Of a DNA stretch of 64,000 nucleotides, positions 21,259-30,311 are shown one piece after another (the stretch's first letter is position 1; each line of letters opens with the position of its first letter). The translations under genes were made by a program, and so were the position numbers. The stretch is from Gemmatimonadota bacterium (GTDB lineage Bacteria; Gemmatimonadota; Gemmatimonadetes; Longimicrobiales; Gaopeijiaceae), in assembly GCA_039589315.1 (NCBI GenBank), contig JBDHHQ010000003.1, forward strand, positions 96,001 through 160,000, in the 5' to 3' direction. Under the pieces are notes generated by a model. That model saw nothing but the letters and a program-made list of their open reading frames with translations. It did no database searches and was not told the DNA's origin.

Positions 21259-22374
21259 TCAGCCCGCCATCGCCCGGAAGAACTCACCGTGCCCATCGAC
21301 GATACGCCGCTGGGCGTCCGGGTCGGGCTCCAGCGACCAGTTCCCCCGCTCGAACGTGCCCCCGAGGAGGATCCCGTCGCTGCGCGGGATCATGTAGAGT
21401 CCCCCCGCCAGCGTGACGTAATCCACGTCGTCCTGCGGCACCAGCACATGGAGCTGGCCCTTCACCGGCACGAGCTCCTCGTCGCCGAAGAGGGCTCGGG
21501 CACCGAGCCCCGTGCAGTTCATGATGACGTGCTCGGGCAAGCTCATGACGTCGTCCATGCCGCGCAGCTCCCTCACCACGACGTCGCCACCGGCACGACG
21601 CACCTCGTGGAGCATCTCGCGAAGGTAGATGTGGGGCTCGATGACCATGGTCAGAAAGCGGAGCGCGTGACGATCGCCGAAGGGGTGCTCGCCGGGCGAC
21701 AAGCTCTCCAGCCCCGGATACAGCTCGGCGATCTCCTCGATCCAGGAGGGTCGGCTCACGGGTCGATCGCCGAAGACGTAGCTGTCCAGCCAACGAATCC
21801 CGAACCGGGCCCGGGGGACGTCCTGGAAGTGGCGGTGCGCCAGCCGCGATGCGTCCCGGAACGCACGGCCGAAGTCACCGGTCATGTTCGACGCCTCCGC
21901 TACCGACGTCGGTGCCCACAGTCCGCCGGCTACGTTGGACGTGGTGCGCGGCGGAAGATCGCGGGCGTAGATCGTCACCTGCCAGCCGCGGCGCTGCAGC
22001 AGACGGGCCGTCGCCAACCCCACCGCACCGCAGCCGAGCACGGCGGCACTCCGGTCTTCCGCATGCATGGCTTCGACCACTGCCTGTTCGGCGGTGCCCC
22101 AGGAGAGGGTGATGCCGGCGCCACCGTGGCCGTAGTCGTGGACCACCAGCTTGTCGTCCATCCGCTCGGCCTCGACCCGGAAGCCGCTCGGCCGGTAGGG
22201 GCGGAGCCCCACCACGGTCCTGATCACCCGGTCCCGCGAAGCTCGTACCGGCACGTGCGACCGGCGCGGCGCTGCGGTGGCCGGCCCCGGTCCACTCCCC
22301 CGCCCGGAGCAACCCGAGGCCAGGGCGGCCAGCGCGGCCGCTCCGGACGATCGTAGCCATCGCCTGCGGTCCAT
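21259..22374 (-). CDS. Tat-exported lipoprotein, D-amino-acid oxidase family (circularly permuted)
   Basis: MDRRRWL..LASGC twin-arginine/lipobox; VGLRPYR, HDYGHGGAGITLSWG, GCGAVG, TSNVAGG, NCTGLGA, PVKGQ. Confidence 0.85.
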   Translation of the reverse strand: MDRRRWLRSSGAAALAALASGCSGRGSGPGPATAAPRRSHVPVRASRDRVIRTVVGLRPYRPSGFRVEAERMDDKLVVHDYGHGGAGITLSWGTAEQAVVEAMHAEDRSAAVLGCGAVGLATARLLQRRGWQVTIYARDLPPRTTSNVAGGLWAPTSVAEASNMTGDFGRAFRDASRLAHRHFQDVPRARFGIRWLDSYVFGDRPVSRPSWIEEIAELYPGLESLSPGEHPFGDRHALRFLTMVIEPHIYLREMLHEVRRAGGDVVVRELRGMDDVMSLPEHVIMNCTGLGARALFGDEELVPVKGQLHVLVPQDDVDYVTLAGGLYMIPRSDGILLGGTFERGNWSLEPDPDAQRRIVDGHGEFFRAMAG

Positions 22375-22692
22375 TCCGCCTCCCGGTTGAGCCGAAGTGC
22401 CCTCTGCGGCACGGTAGCGAACTCGCGGGTCCGCCGCAGCCCCGGTCCCTTCTCGGTCCTGGGGAAGCCGTGGCCCGGGTGGGCCCCGAGCCAGCAGGGA
22501 CGCGCCCGGCGCACGGGCCCCCTGGACCGTCAGCGGCTCGTCGCCAGCACCCGCCACGTACCGCGCATGGAACCGTCGCGGAATTCTGCGGATTGTGTAT
22601 TATCGAGTCGTCGATGCGGGTACGCAGCGCCTCCGCCCCTCTTGGCGCCCTGGCCCGCCGCAGAGTCCTCACTGGCTCCCGAGGAGGTCCCC

Positions 22693-23541
22693 ATGGGTTC
22701 CTACAGCCACCCCGAAGTCCTCGTTTCCACCGATTGGGTCGCCGAGCATGCGAACGACCCGAACGTGGCCGTCGTCGAGGTGAACGTCGACACCGAGCTC
22801 TACGATCAAGGTCACATCCCGGGCGCGATCGGCTGGAGCTGGAAGACTCAGCTCAGCGACAACGTGCGGCGGGACATCCTCTCCAAGGCCGATCTGGAGG
22901 CCCTGCTCTCCAGCTCCGGGGTCGGCACCGACTCCACCGTCATCCTCTATGGCGACAGCAACAACTGGTTTGCCGCCTGGGCTTTCTGGCAGCTCAAGGT
23001 CTACGGTCACCCGGACGTGAGGCTCATGGACGGCGGGCGGAGGAAGTGGGCTGCAGAGGGCCGCGCCATGACGACGGACGCTCCGGCGATCTCGCCCACG
23101 AGCTACATCGCCGCCGAGGCGGACAACTCACTCCGCGCCTTTCTGCCCGAGGTCCGGACAAGCGTCCAGAGCGGCGCCATCGAGCTCGTGGACGTCCGCA
23201 GCCCGGCCGAGTTCAGCGGCGAGATTCTGGCGCCTCCAGGCCTCCCGGAGACCTGTCAGCGAGGGGGGCACATCCCCGGTGCGTCGAACATCCCCTGGGG
23301 CAAGGCGGTGAACGACGACGACGGGACGTTCCGCACGGTCGACGAGCTCATCGACATCTACCGGACCGCTGGAATCACGGGAGAGAAGCCCATCGTCGCC
23401 TACTGCCGGATCGGTGAGCGGAGCAGCCATTCCTGGTTCGTGCTGAGGTACCTGATCGGCTACGACGACGTGAAGAACTACGACGGCTCCTGGACGGAGT
23501 GGGGAAACCTGGTCGGAGCCCCCGTGGAGCGGGGGAACTGA
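22693..23541 (+). CDS. Tandem-domain rhodanese (thiosulfate sulfurtransferase, CysA/SseA type)
   Basis: LVSTDW, GHIPGA twice, active site YCRIGERSS, YDGSWTEWG; GAGGAGG RBS. Confidence 0.93.
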   Translation: MGSYSHPEVLVSTDWVAEHANDPNVAVVEVNVDTELYDQGHIPGAIGWSWKTQLSDNVRRDILSKADLEALLSSSGVGTDSTVILYGDSNNWFAAWAFWQLKVYGHPDVRLMDGGRRKWAAEGRAMTTDAPAISPTSYIAAEADNSLRAFLPEVRTSVQSGAIELVDVRSPAEFSGEILAPPGLPETCQRGGHIPGASNIPWGKAVNDDDGTFRTVDELIDIYRTAGITGEKPIVAYCRIGERSSHSWFVLRYLIGYDDVKNYDGSWTEWGNLVGAPVERGN

Positions 23542-23627
23542 GGCGGCACCTCCACGGGCCCGTGACGTTCCGGCGCTGGACCGCCGAGGCGCCGCACTAG
23601 AAACGCGCCTCCGCACAGGGGTATCAT

Positions 23628-23662
23628 GAGGGCCCCGGCCGACCCAGGCGGCCGGGGCCCTC
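23628..23662. repeat. Perfect 14-bp GC-rich inverted repeat (hairpin) between the rhodanese gene and glnS
   Basis: GAGGGCCCCGGCCG-ACCCAGG-CGGCCGGGGCCCTC. Confidence 0.7.
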
Positions 23663-23791
23663 GTCGTCTCGGATCCGACCCACGTCGTCGGTGCCGGGCG
23701 ACGTGCCGACCACGTCGCGAACGGCAGCCGCGCGCCCGTGTTTCAGCCTCGCCCAAGAGGGCCATGCGGGAACCCGGCGGGTACATCCGAG

Positions 23792-26290
23792 ATGAGCGCA
23801 GACCTTCGAGGGAGAGCCCCCGTGGCCGAATCCAACGATACCGGGGACCGGGGGGCGGCCGAGAACGCCCTGTCCGGGTCCCCCACACCGCGCCGCGCAG
23901 ACGACCCCGAAGCCCGAGCGCTCCGGGGGGGCGCGGAATCCGCGGCTGGGAGCGAGGGCGATGGGGCGCCTTCGCCCAGGCTACGCACCGACTTCGTGCG
24001 TGCCCAGGTCGAGGAGGACAACCGCACGGGCCTGTATGGTGGGAGGGTGCATACGCGGTTCCCGCCGGAGCCCAACGGATTCCTCCACATCGGTCACTCC
24101 AAGTCGATCTGCCTGAACTTCGGGATCGCGGAAGAGTACGGGGGCGCCTGCAATCTCCGCTTCGACGACACGAACCCGGAGACCGAGGACATGGCCTACG
24201 TCCGGGCCGCGGAGAAGGACATCCGCTGGCTGGGGTTCGAGTGGGACGGCCTCTTCTTCGCCAGCGACTACTTCGAGCAGCTCTACGACTTCGCCGAGAC
24301 GCTGATCCGCAAAGGCAAGGCCTACGTCGACAGCCTGACGGAGGAGGAAATCCGGGAACACCGCGGGACGGTGACGGAGCCGGGCCGTCCGAGTCCGTAC
24401 CGGGATCGCTCGGTGGAGGAGAACCTGGACCTGTTCCGGCGCATGCGGGCCGGTGAGTACGAGGACGGAGCCCACGTGCTCCGGGCCAAGATCGACATGG
24501 CCTCGCCCAACATGATCATGCGCGACCCGGTGCTGTACCGGATCCGTCACGCGAGTCACTACCGGACCGCCGACGAGTGGTGCATCTACCCGCTCTACGA
24601 CTTCACCCACTGCCTCTCCGACGCCCTGGAAGACATCACCCACTCGGTGTGCACGCTCGAGTTCGAGAACAACCGGGAGCTGTACGACTGGGTGCTGGAC
24701 GAAGTGGGGTACACGGACCCCCGCCCCCATCAGTACGAGTTCAACCGGCTGAACCTGGACTACACCGTCACGAGCAAGCGCAAGCTCATTCCGCTGGTCG
24801 AGGAAGGGCGCGTCAGCGGTTGGGACGATCCGCGGATGTCCACCCTGGCCGCGTTTCGGCGGCGCGGGGTCACGCCTGAGGCCATCCGGGCGTTTTGCGA
24901 CATGATCGGCGTCGTCAAGAGCGACAGCCGTGAGGATCTGGCCAAGCTGGAGTACGCCATCCGCGACGATCTCAACCGGAAGGCCCCCCGCGTCATGGGC
25001 GTGCTCGAGCCGCTGCGCGTGGTCGTCACGACCTTCCCCGATGAAGAGACCGACTGGCTGGATGCGCCGTACTATCCCCGCGACGTACCGCTCGAGGGGT
25101 CCAGGAAGGTGCCGTTCACCCGGGAGATCCTCATCGAACGGTCGGACTTCCAGGAGGATCCTCCCAAGGGATGGCGCCGTCTGGCACCGGGGTGGGAGGT
25201 GCGCCTTCGATACGGGTACGTCATCGAGTGCGAAGAAGTCGTGAAGGACGACAGTGGCCGCGTCGTGGAGCTCCGCTGCTCGCACGACCCGGGGAGTCGG
25301 GGCGGCAGCGCGCCTGACGGGCGCAAGATCAAGGGAACGATCCACTGGGTGTCCGCCGACCACGCCCTCCCCGCCGAAGTGAGGCTCTACGACCGGCTGT
25401 TCACCGAGCCGGATCCCCAGGCGGGCCCCGAGGGCACCGACCTCAGCGACTTCGTGAACCCCGAGTCCCTGGTGGTGGCGGCAGGCGCCCGGCTGGAGCC
25501 GAGCATTGCCGAAGACGATCCGGATACCCGGTACCAGTTCGAGCGTTTGGGCTACTTCTGGCGAGACCCAGTGGACTCGACGGCCGACGCTCTCGTGTTC
25601 AATCGGATCGTTACGCTGCGCGATACGTGGGCCAAGCGGGCCACCCAGGTACCGGAGCCCACCGCCCCGACGAAGCGGACGGAGGGCGGTACCGCACCAC
25701 GGACCGAGGCGGGCGCTTCCCGACGGCCGTCGCCTCCGACCCTGGGGCCAGAGGGACAGGCCCGCTTCGACAGATTCAGGGGCGAGCTCGGCGTCTCCCA
25801 CGACGATGCCCGCGGCCTGGCGGCCAACCCCGTCCTTTCGCGCTATCTCGACGAGGCGGTGGACGCCGGGGCCCCGGCCCCCGCCGCGGCGAGGTGGCTG
25901 GTGAACGAGCTTCTACGGGAAGCCAAGGACACGCCCCTCGAATCGTTGCCGGTGAGCGGGGTGAACGTGGCCGAGCTGCTCTCGCTCGTGGCCGATGGCA
26001 CCCTGTCCGTGGGTATCGCCCGAGAGGTGTTCGCCGACATGGTCGGAGGCGGCGGACGCCCGTTCGATATCGTGGAGCGGCGAGGCCTGCGCCAGATTTC
26101 CGACGACGACGCCCTGTCTCCCCTCATCGCCACGGTCGTGGACGAGCACCCCGACGAGGTCCGACGCTACCGGGAAGGCAAGTCGGCCCTGCTGGGGTTT
26201 TTCGTGGGCAAGGTCATGCGAGGCTCCGGTGGCAAGGCCAACCCCGAGCGCGTGCGGGCTCTGCTCGCGCGGGCGCTGGAGGAGGTCTAG
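23792..26290 (+). CDS. glnS: Glutamine--tRNA ligase with C-terminal GatB/YqeY domain
   Basis: TRFPPEPNGFLHIGH, LRFDDTNP, TSKRK, FERLGYF; C-terminal ..LLGFFVGKVMRGSGGKANP YqeY domain. Start uncertain. Confidence 0.95.
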   Translation: MSADLRGRAPVAESNDTGDRGAAENALSGSPTPRRADDPEARALRGGAESAAGSEGDGAPSPRLRTDFVRAQVEEDNRTGLYGGRVHTRFPPEPNGFLHIGHSKSICLNFGIAEEYGGACNLRFDDTNPETEDMAYVRAAEKDIRWLGFEWDGLFFASDYFEQLYDFAETLIRKGKAYVDSLTEEEIREHRGTVTEPGRPSPYRDRSVEENLDLFRRMRAGEYEDGAHVLRAKIDMASPNMIMRDPVLYRIRHASHYRTADEWCIYPLYDFTHCLSDALEDITHSVCTLEFENNRELYDWVLDEVGYTDPRPHQYEFNRLNLDYTVTSKRKLIPLVEEGRVSGWDDPRMSTLAAFRRRGVTPEAIRAFCDMIGVVKSDSREDLAKLEYAIRDDLNRKAPRVMGVLEPLRVVVTTFPDEETDWLDAPYYPRDVPLEGSRKVPFTREILIERSDFQEDPPKGWRRLAPGWEVRLRYGYVIECEEVVKDDSGRVVELRCSHDPGSRGGSAPDGRKIKGTIHWVSADHALPAEVRLYDRLFTEPDPQAGPEGTDLSDFVNPESLVVAAGARLEPSIAEDDPDTRYQFERLGYFWRDPVDSTADALVFNRIVTLRDTWAKRATQVPEPTAPTKRTEGGTAPRTEAGASRRPSPPTLGPEGQARFDRFRGELGVSHDDARGLAANPVLSRYLDEAVDAGAPAPAAARWLVNELLREAKDTPLESLPVSGVNVAELLSLVADGTLSVGIAREVFADMVGGGGRPFDIVERRGLRQISDDDALSPLIATVVDEHPDEVRRYREGKSALLGFFVGKVMRGSGGKANPERVRALLARALEEV

Positions 26291-26451
26291 ACGCACCTGC
26301 GCGCATCTCCTCTCTGCGCGCCGGGCCGGGCCGTCCGTCCACCTCAGCCGGTCCGGGCGTGGCGGCGAACGCCCGAGGGCGCGGGCACGGCCCTCGTCGC
26401 CAGGGGTATATTCGGGAGTCAGCAGCGATTCCCAGGGAGGGCACGGGAACG

Positions 26452-27417
26452 ATGGCCAACCCCGCCTATCTCGCCCTTGGCAGTGCGGAGCTCCGACGCC
26501 GAGCCGATGAGGCCCTAGCCGCTCTGGCCGACTGTCGCCTTTGCCCCCGCGACTGCGGCGTCGACCGGCTGCGCGGCAAGTGGGCCGCCTGCAAGACCGG
26601 CCGCTACGCGGTCGTGAGCAGCGCGTTCCCCCACCTCGGCGAGGAGGACTGCCTGCGCGGTTGGAACGGATCCGGCACGATCTTCTTCGCCCACTGCAAT
26701 CTGCGCTGCGTCTTCTGCCAGAACTACGACATCTCCCAGGGCGTTCGGCCCGGCCGACCCGAGGGAGGCACGCCGCCCGAGGCCATCGCGGCCGCCATGT
26801 TGTCGCTGCAAGCCCAGGGCTGCCACAACATCAACTTCGTCACTCCGGAGCACGTGGTACCCCAGGTGCTGGAGGCCCTCGTGTCCGCCGTGGACGGAGG
26901 GCTCCGGCTCCCCATCGTCTACAACACCAGTGCCTACGACGCCCTGGAGAGCCTGGACTGGCTGGACGGGGTCGTGGATGTCTACATGCCCGACTTCAAG
27001 CTGTGGAGCGCCTCGGCCAGCCGCACCTACCTGAAGGCCGAAGACTACCCCGAGGCCGCCCGAGCTGCCATTCGTGCGATGCACCGGCAGGTGGGTCCCC
27101 TGGTCATCGACGCCGATGGACTCGCGTCTCGAGGGCTGCTGATCCGCCACCTGGTCATGCCGGGCCTTTTGGCCGAGACGCGGGCCATCCTGGAGTGGAT
27201 CGCCGGGCAGCTGGGCCCCGGCACGTACGTGAATCTGATGGATCAGTACTACCCTGCAGGGAAGGTGTCGAAGCACGCCTACCCGGAGATCGACCGACGT
27301 CTCGAGAGCACGGAGCTCGACCAGGCACGAGCGATGGCCCAGGAGTTGGGCCTGGGGAGGCTGGACGAGCGGCGTCCCCATCCGTCGCTGCGAGCCCGAC
27401 GCTGGATCGCTATGTGA
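26452..27417 (+). CDS. pflX: PflX-like radical SAM protein
   Basis: CRLCPRDC, HLGEEDCLRG..GSGTIFF, CNLRCVFCQN, GCHNINFVTP, IRHLVMPG. Confidence 0.9.
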   Translation: MANPAYLALGSAELRRRADEALAALADCRLCPRDCGVDRLRGKWAACKTGRYAVVSSAFPHLGEEDCLRGWNGSGTIFFAHCNLRCVFCQNYDISQGVRPGRPEGGTPPEAIAAAMLSLQAQGCHNINFVTPEHVVPQVLEALVSAVDGGLRLPIVYNTSAYDALESLDWLDGVVDVYMPDFKLWSASASRTYLKAEDYPEAARAAIRAMHRQVGPLVIDADGLASRGLLIRHLVMPGLLAETRAILEWIAGQLGPGTYVNLMDQYYPAGKVSKHAYPEIDRRLESTELDQARAMAQELGLGRLDERRPHPSLRARRWIAM

Positions 27418-27460
27418 GTCGACCGGCGAAATCTACCATGTCCTGCCAACCGCCCCACCC

Positions 27461-28576
27461 ATGACATCGAGAGCCACGACCTTCGAGGGCGCCCACCCGA
27501 CGCGGTACTGGCATCGTCTCGACGACGGGCGCACCGAGTGCGACCTCTGCCCTCGAACATGCCGGCTCCGGGAGGGACAGCGCGGACTGTGCTTCGTACG
27601 TGCCTGCCAAGACGGACGGATCGTCCTCACCACGTACGGTCGATCCAGCGGGTTCTGCGTCGATCCCATCGAGAAGAAGCCGCTGAGCCACTTCTTGCCG
27701 GGGACGCCTGTGCTGTCCTTCGGCACGGCAGGCTGCAACCTCCAGTGCGCATTCTGCCAGAACTGGTCCATCTCCAAGTCGCGGGACGTGGACACGCTGG
27801 CCGACCGTGCGCTACCCGAGACGGTGGCCAGAGCCGCGGCCGAGCTCGGCTGCCGGAGCGTCGCCTACACCTACAACGACCCGATCATCTTCCACGAGTA
27901 CGCCATCGACGTGGCGAGGGCCTGCCGGGAGCGGGGCGTCCAGTCGGTGGCGGTGACCGCAGGATACGTGAATCCGAAGCCCAGAGCCGAGTTCTACCGA
28001 TACATGGACGGGGTCAACGTCGACCTGAAGGCCTTTTCCGAAGACTTCTATCGCAGGATCTGCAAGGGCCGCCTCGCTCCGGTCCTCGAAACGCTCCGGT
28101 ACCTCAAGCACGAGACGGCGGTCTGGCTGGAGATCACCAACCTCGTGATCCCGGGCGAGAACGACGAGGACGACGAATTCGACGCCATGAGCCGGTGGGT
28201 CGTGGCGGAGCTCGGCCCTGACGTGCCCCTGCACTTCACCGCGTTCCACCCCGACTTTCGCATGCTCGACCACCCCCGCACCCCACCGGCCACCCTCATG
28301 CGGGCACGGCAGATCGCCCTGGCGAACGGCGTCCGCCATGCCTACACGGGCAACGTCCGCGACCCGGACGGCCAGAGCACGTTCTGCCACGTCTGCGGTC
28401 AGGTCCTCATCGGCCGAGACGGCTACCGGATTTCCGAGTGGAATCTGTACGGTGAGGGGGCGTGTCGCGGCTGCGGCACGGCGTGTGCGGGCGTCTTCGA
28501 AGGCGCTCCGGGAGAGTGGGGAGCGAGGCGGCTGCCGGTGTGGCTAGCGAGCTTCCGAAGGGAATCGTCGGCGTAG
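27461..28576 (+). CDS. amrS: AmmeMemoRadiSam-system radical SAM enzyme
   Basis: CDLCPRTC, DPIEKKPL.HF.PG, GCNLQCAFCQNW, LHFTAFHPD, YTGNV, C-terminal CxxC pairs. Confidence 0.9.
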   Translation: MTSRATTFEGAHPTRYWHRLDDGRTECDLCPRTCRLREGQRGLCFVRACQDGRIVLTTYGRSSGFCVDPIEKKPLSHFLPGTPVLSFGTAGCNLQCAFCQNWSISKSRDVDTLADRALPETVARAAAELGCRSVAYTYNDPIIFHEYAIDVARACRERGVQSVAVTAGYVNPKPRAEFYRYMDGVNVDLKAFSEDFYRRICKGRLAPVLETLRYLKHETAVWLEITNLVIPGENDEDDEFDAMSRWVVAELGPDVPLHFTAFHPDFRMLDHPRTPPATLMRARQIALANGVRHAYTGNVRDPDGQSTFCHVCGQVLIGRDGYRISEWNLYGEGACRGCGTACAGVFEGAPGEWGARRLPVWLASFRRESSA

Positions 28577-28607
28577 GGCTCGCCGGAGGATCGTCCGCAG
28601 CGGCGAT

Positions 28608-29228
28608 TCATGTCCTGCTCTTTTGTCGAGACGCACGCGCCCCCCCGAACACCCGCGTCACCACCGCCCGCATCCGCGCCGTGTGCGAGCCCTCCCAGTA
28701 GATCCGTTCGCACTCGGGGCATTGAACGAAGGAGGCTTCCCGTTCGAGAACCCTCGCGGGCACCCTTCGCTCCACGGCCTCCGGGTCGGCCCGCACGAGA
28801 ACGCCATTGCACACGCGGCACCGGGTGAAGAGGCGAACGGGCGCCTCCAGGCCGAACGCGGCCGCCACCTCGACGAGTTGATCGAGCGGCTTGTCGGCCT
28901 CGACAACCAGGCACCCCTCGACCCGCCATTCCTCCGGGAGCTTCCGGTCCCGGGTCAGGATGTACCGCCCCTCCACCAGCGCCCGCCTCACGAGCTCGGC
29001 GTCTGGGATCCGGTCGTCGTAGGCCGTGTCGAACCCCAGCGTCCGCAGCCAGCGAGCCAGACGGCCGAGCATGGCGTCGGCGAAGAAACGAGGTCGGTCC
29101 GCGGTGATGGGCGGACCCAGACGTTGCTCCAGACCCACCCGGGCGCCGCACGTGCATTGGATCGTACGGCCGAACTGGAACAGGGTGACGTCGTACTGGC
29201 GGCCGCAGCCGGAACACCGAATGGCCAT
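28608..29228 (-). CDS. Mut7-C (PIN-fold) RNase domain protein with an extra N-terminal zinc ribbon
   Basis: RFFADAMLGRLARWLR..GFD, LTRDR, RCRVCN..CPEC.RIYWEGSH; N-terminal CSGC..CTCG. Confidence 0.88.
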   Translation of the reverse strand: MAIRCSGCGRQYDVTLFQFGRTIQCTCGARVGLEQRLGPPITADRPRFFADAMLGRLARWLRTLGFDTAYDDRIPDAELVRRALVEGRYILTRDRKLPEEWRVEGCLVVEADKPLDQLVEVAAAFGLEAPVRLFTRCRVCNGVLVRADPEAVERRVPARVLEREASFVQCPECERIYWEGSHTARMRAVVTRVFGGARASRQKSRT

Positions 29229-29626
29229 GACGGTGGGTCTCAGGAGGAGCCGTGGCGCAGGGAAGGCGTGTGGGCCCCGGGGCCCATGGCCCTGCCCGCC
29301 ACGTAGCAATAGCCTCGGCCGGCCCGCCGGTCCAACGCTCCTGGTGACCCACGCGGCCGGCCGGCCCGGCGCCGACTCCGCGACCGTCGTGCCCGACCGT
29401 CGCGAGCGCGAGCTCGATCGGCACGCCGAGCCCGGCGGCGTCTCGAGGGGGCTGGACGTCCCACGCGCTCCGCCTTGCCGGCGCCCGAGCGTCACCCTAG
29501 GCTGCCGTCCGGGAACCGGAGCCGAGAGCTCCAGGTCCACGGAAGGCCCGGATAGCTGGTCCCGAGCCGGCCCCGCGTGCATCGGGCCGCGGGCGCATGA
29601 TTCCACGAAAAGCCGAATTCGCGCAT

Positions 29627-30262
29627 ATGAGGATCGCAGTGCTTGGCGCCGGAAACGTCGGTGGCACACTCGGCCGGGCGTGGCTGGGCGCCGGTCACGA
29701 GGTCGTCTTCGGCGTGCGCGACGCCGGCAGCGTGAAGGAGAAGGCCCTCGCGGCAGAGACGGGAGCGGTGGTCGTGGGCTTGGCCGAGGCGGTGGAGGGA
29801 GCGGACGTCGTGGTCCTCGCGATTCCCTTCCGGGCGGTGGGCGGTGTGCTCGAGAAGACCGGTCCGCTGCACGGGAAGGTCGTGGTCGACACCACGAACC
29901 ACCTCGACTGGACCTACGGCCTTCGTGTGGCCACGGAGCGGTCCGCGGCCGAGGAGATCCAGGACATGATCCCCACGGCCAGGATCGTGAAGGCGTTCAA
30001 CACGATCGGCCACGAGCACATGGCCGACCCCCTGTTCGGTGACGTACCGGCGGACATGTTCGTGTGCGGGAACGACGAGGCGGCCCGATCGCGGGTCATG
30101 GGATTGGCCCAGGACATCGGCTTCGAGCCCGTGGACGCCGGAGGACTGAGCCATGCTCGGGCCCTGGAGCACCTTGCTGTGCTCTGGATCTTCCTCTCCA
30201 CGTCCGGTGCCCAAGGCCGCGACATCGCCTTCAAGCTGTTGCGGACGAAGGCATCGCCGTGA
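29627..30262 (+). CDS. NADPH-dependent F420 reductase-like dinucleotide-binding protein (NpdG family)
   Basis: IAVLGAGNVG, VVDTTN, VKAFNT, CGND..A, GFEPVDAG.L..AR.LE. Confidence 0.85.
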   Translation: MRIAVLGAGNVGGTLGRAWLGAGHEVVFGVRDAGSVKEKALAAETGAVVVGLAEAVEGADVVVLAIPFRAVGGVLEKTGPLHGKVVVDTTNHLDWTYGLRVATERSAAEEIQDMIPTARIVKAFNTIGHEHMADPLFGDVPADMFVCGNDEAARSRVMGLAQDIGFEPVDAGGLSHARALEHLAVLWIFLSTSGAQGRDIAFKLLRTKASP

Positions 30263-30311
30263 CTCATCCCGCGACCCGCGCACGCGGGTGACGAGGCACT
30301 GACCAACGAGC

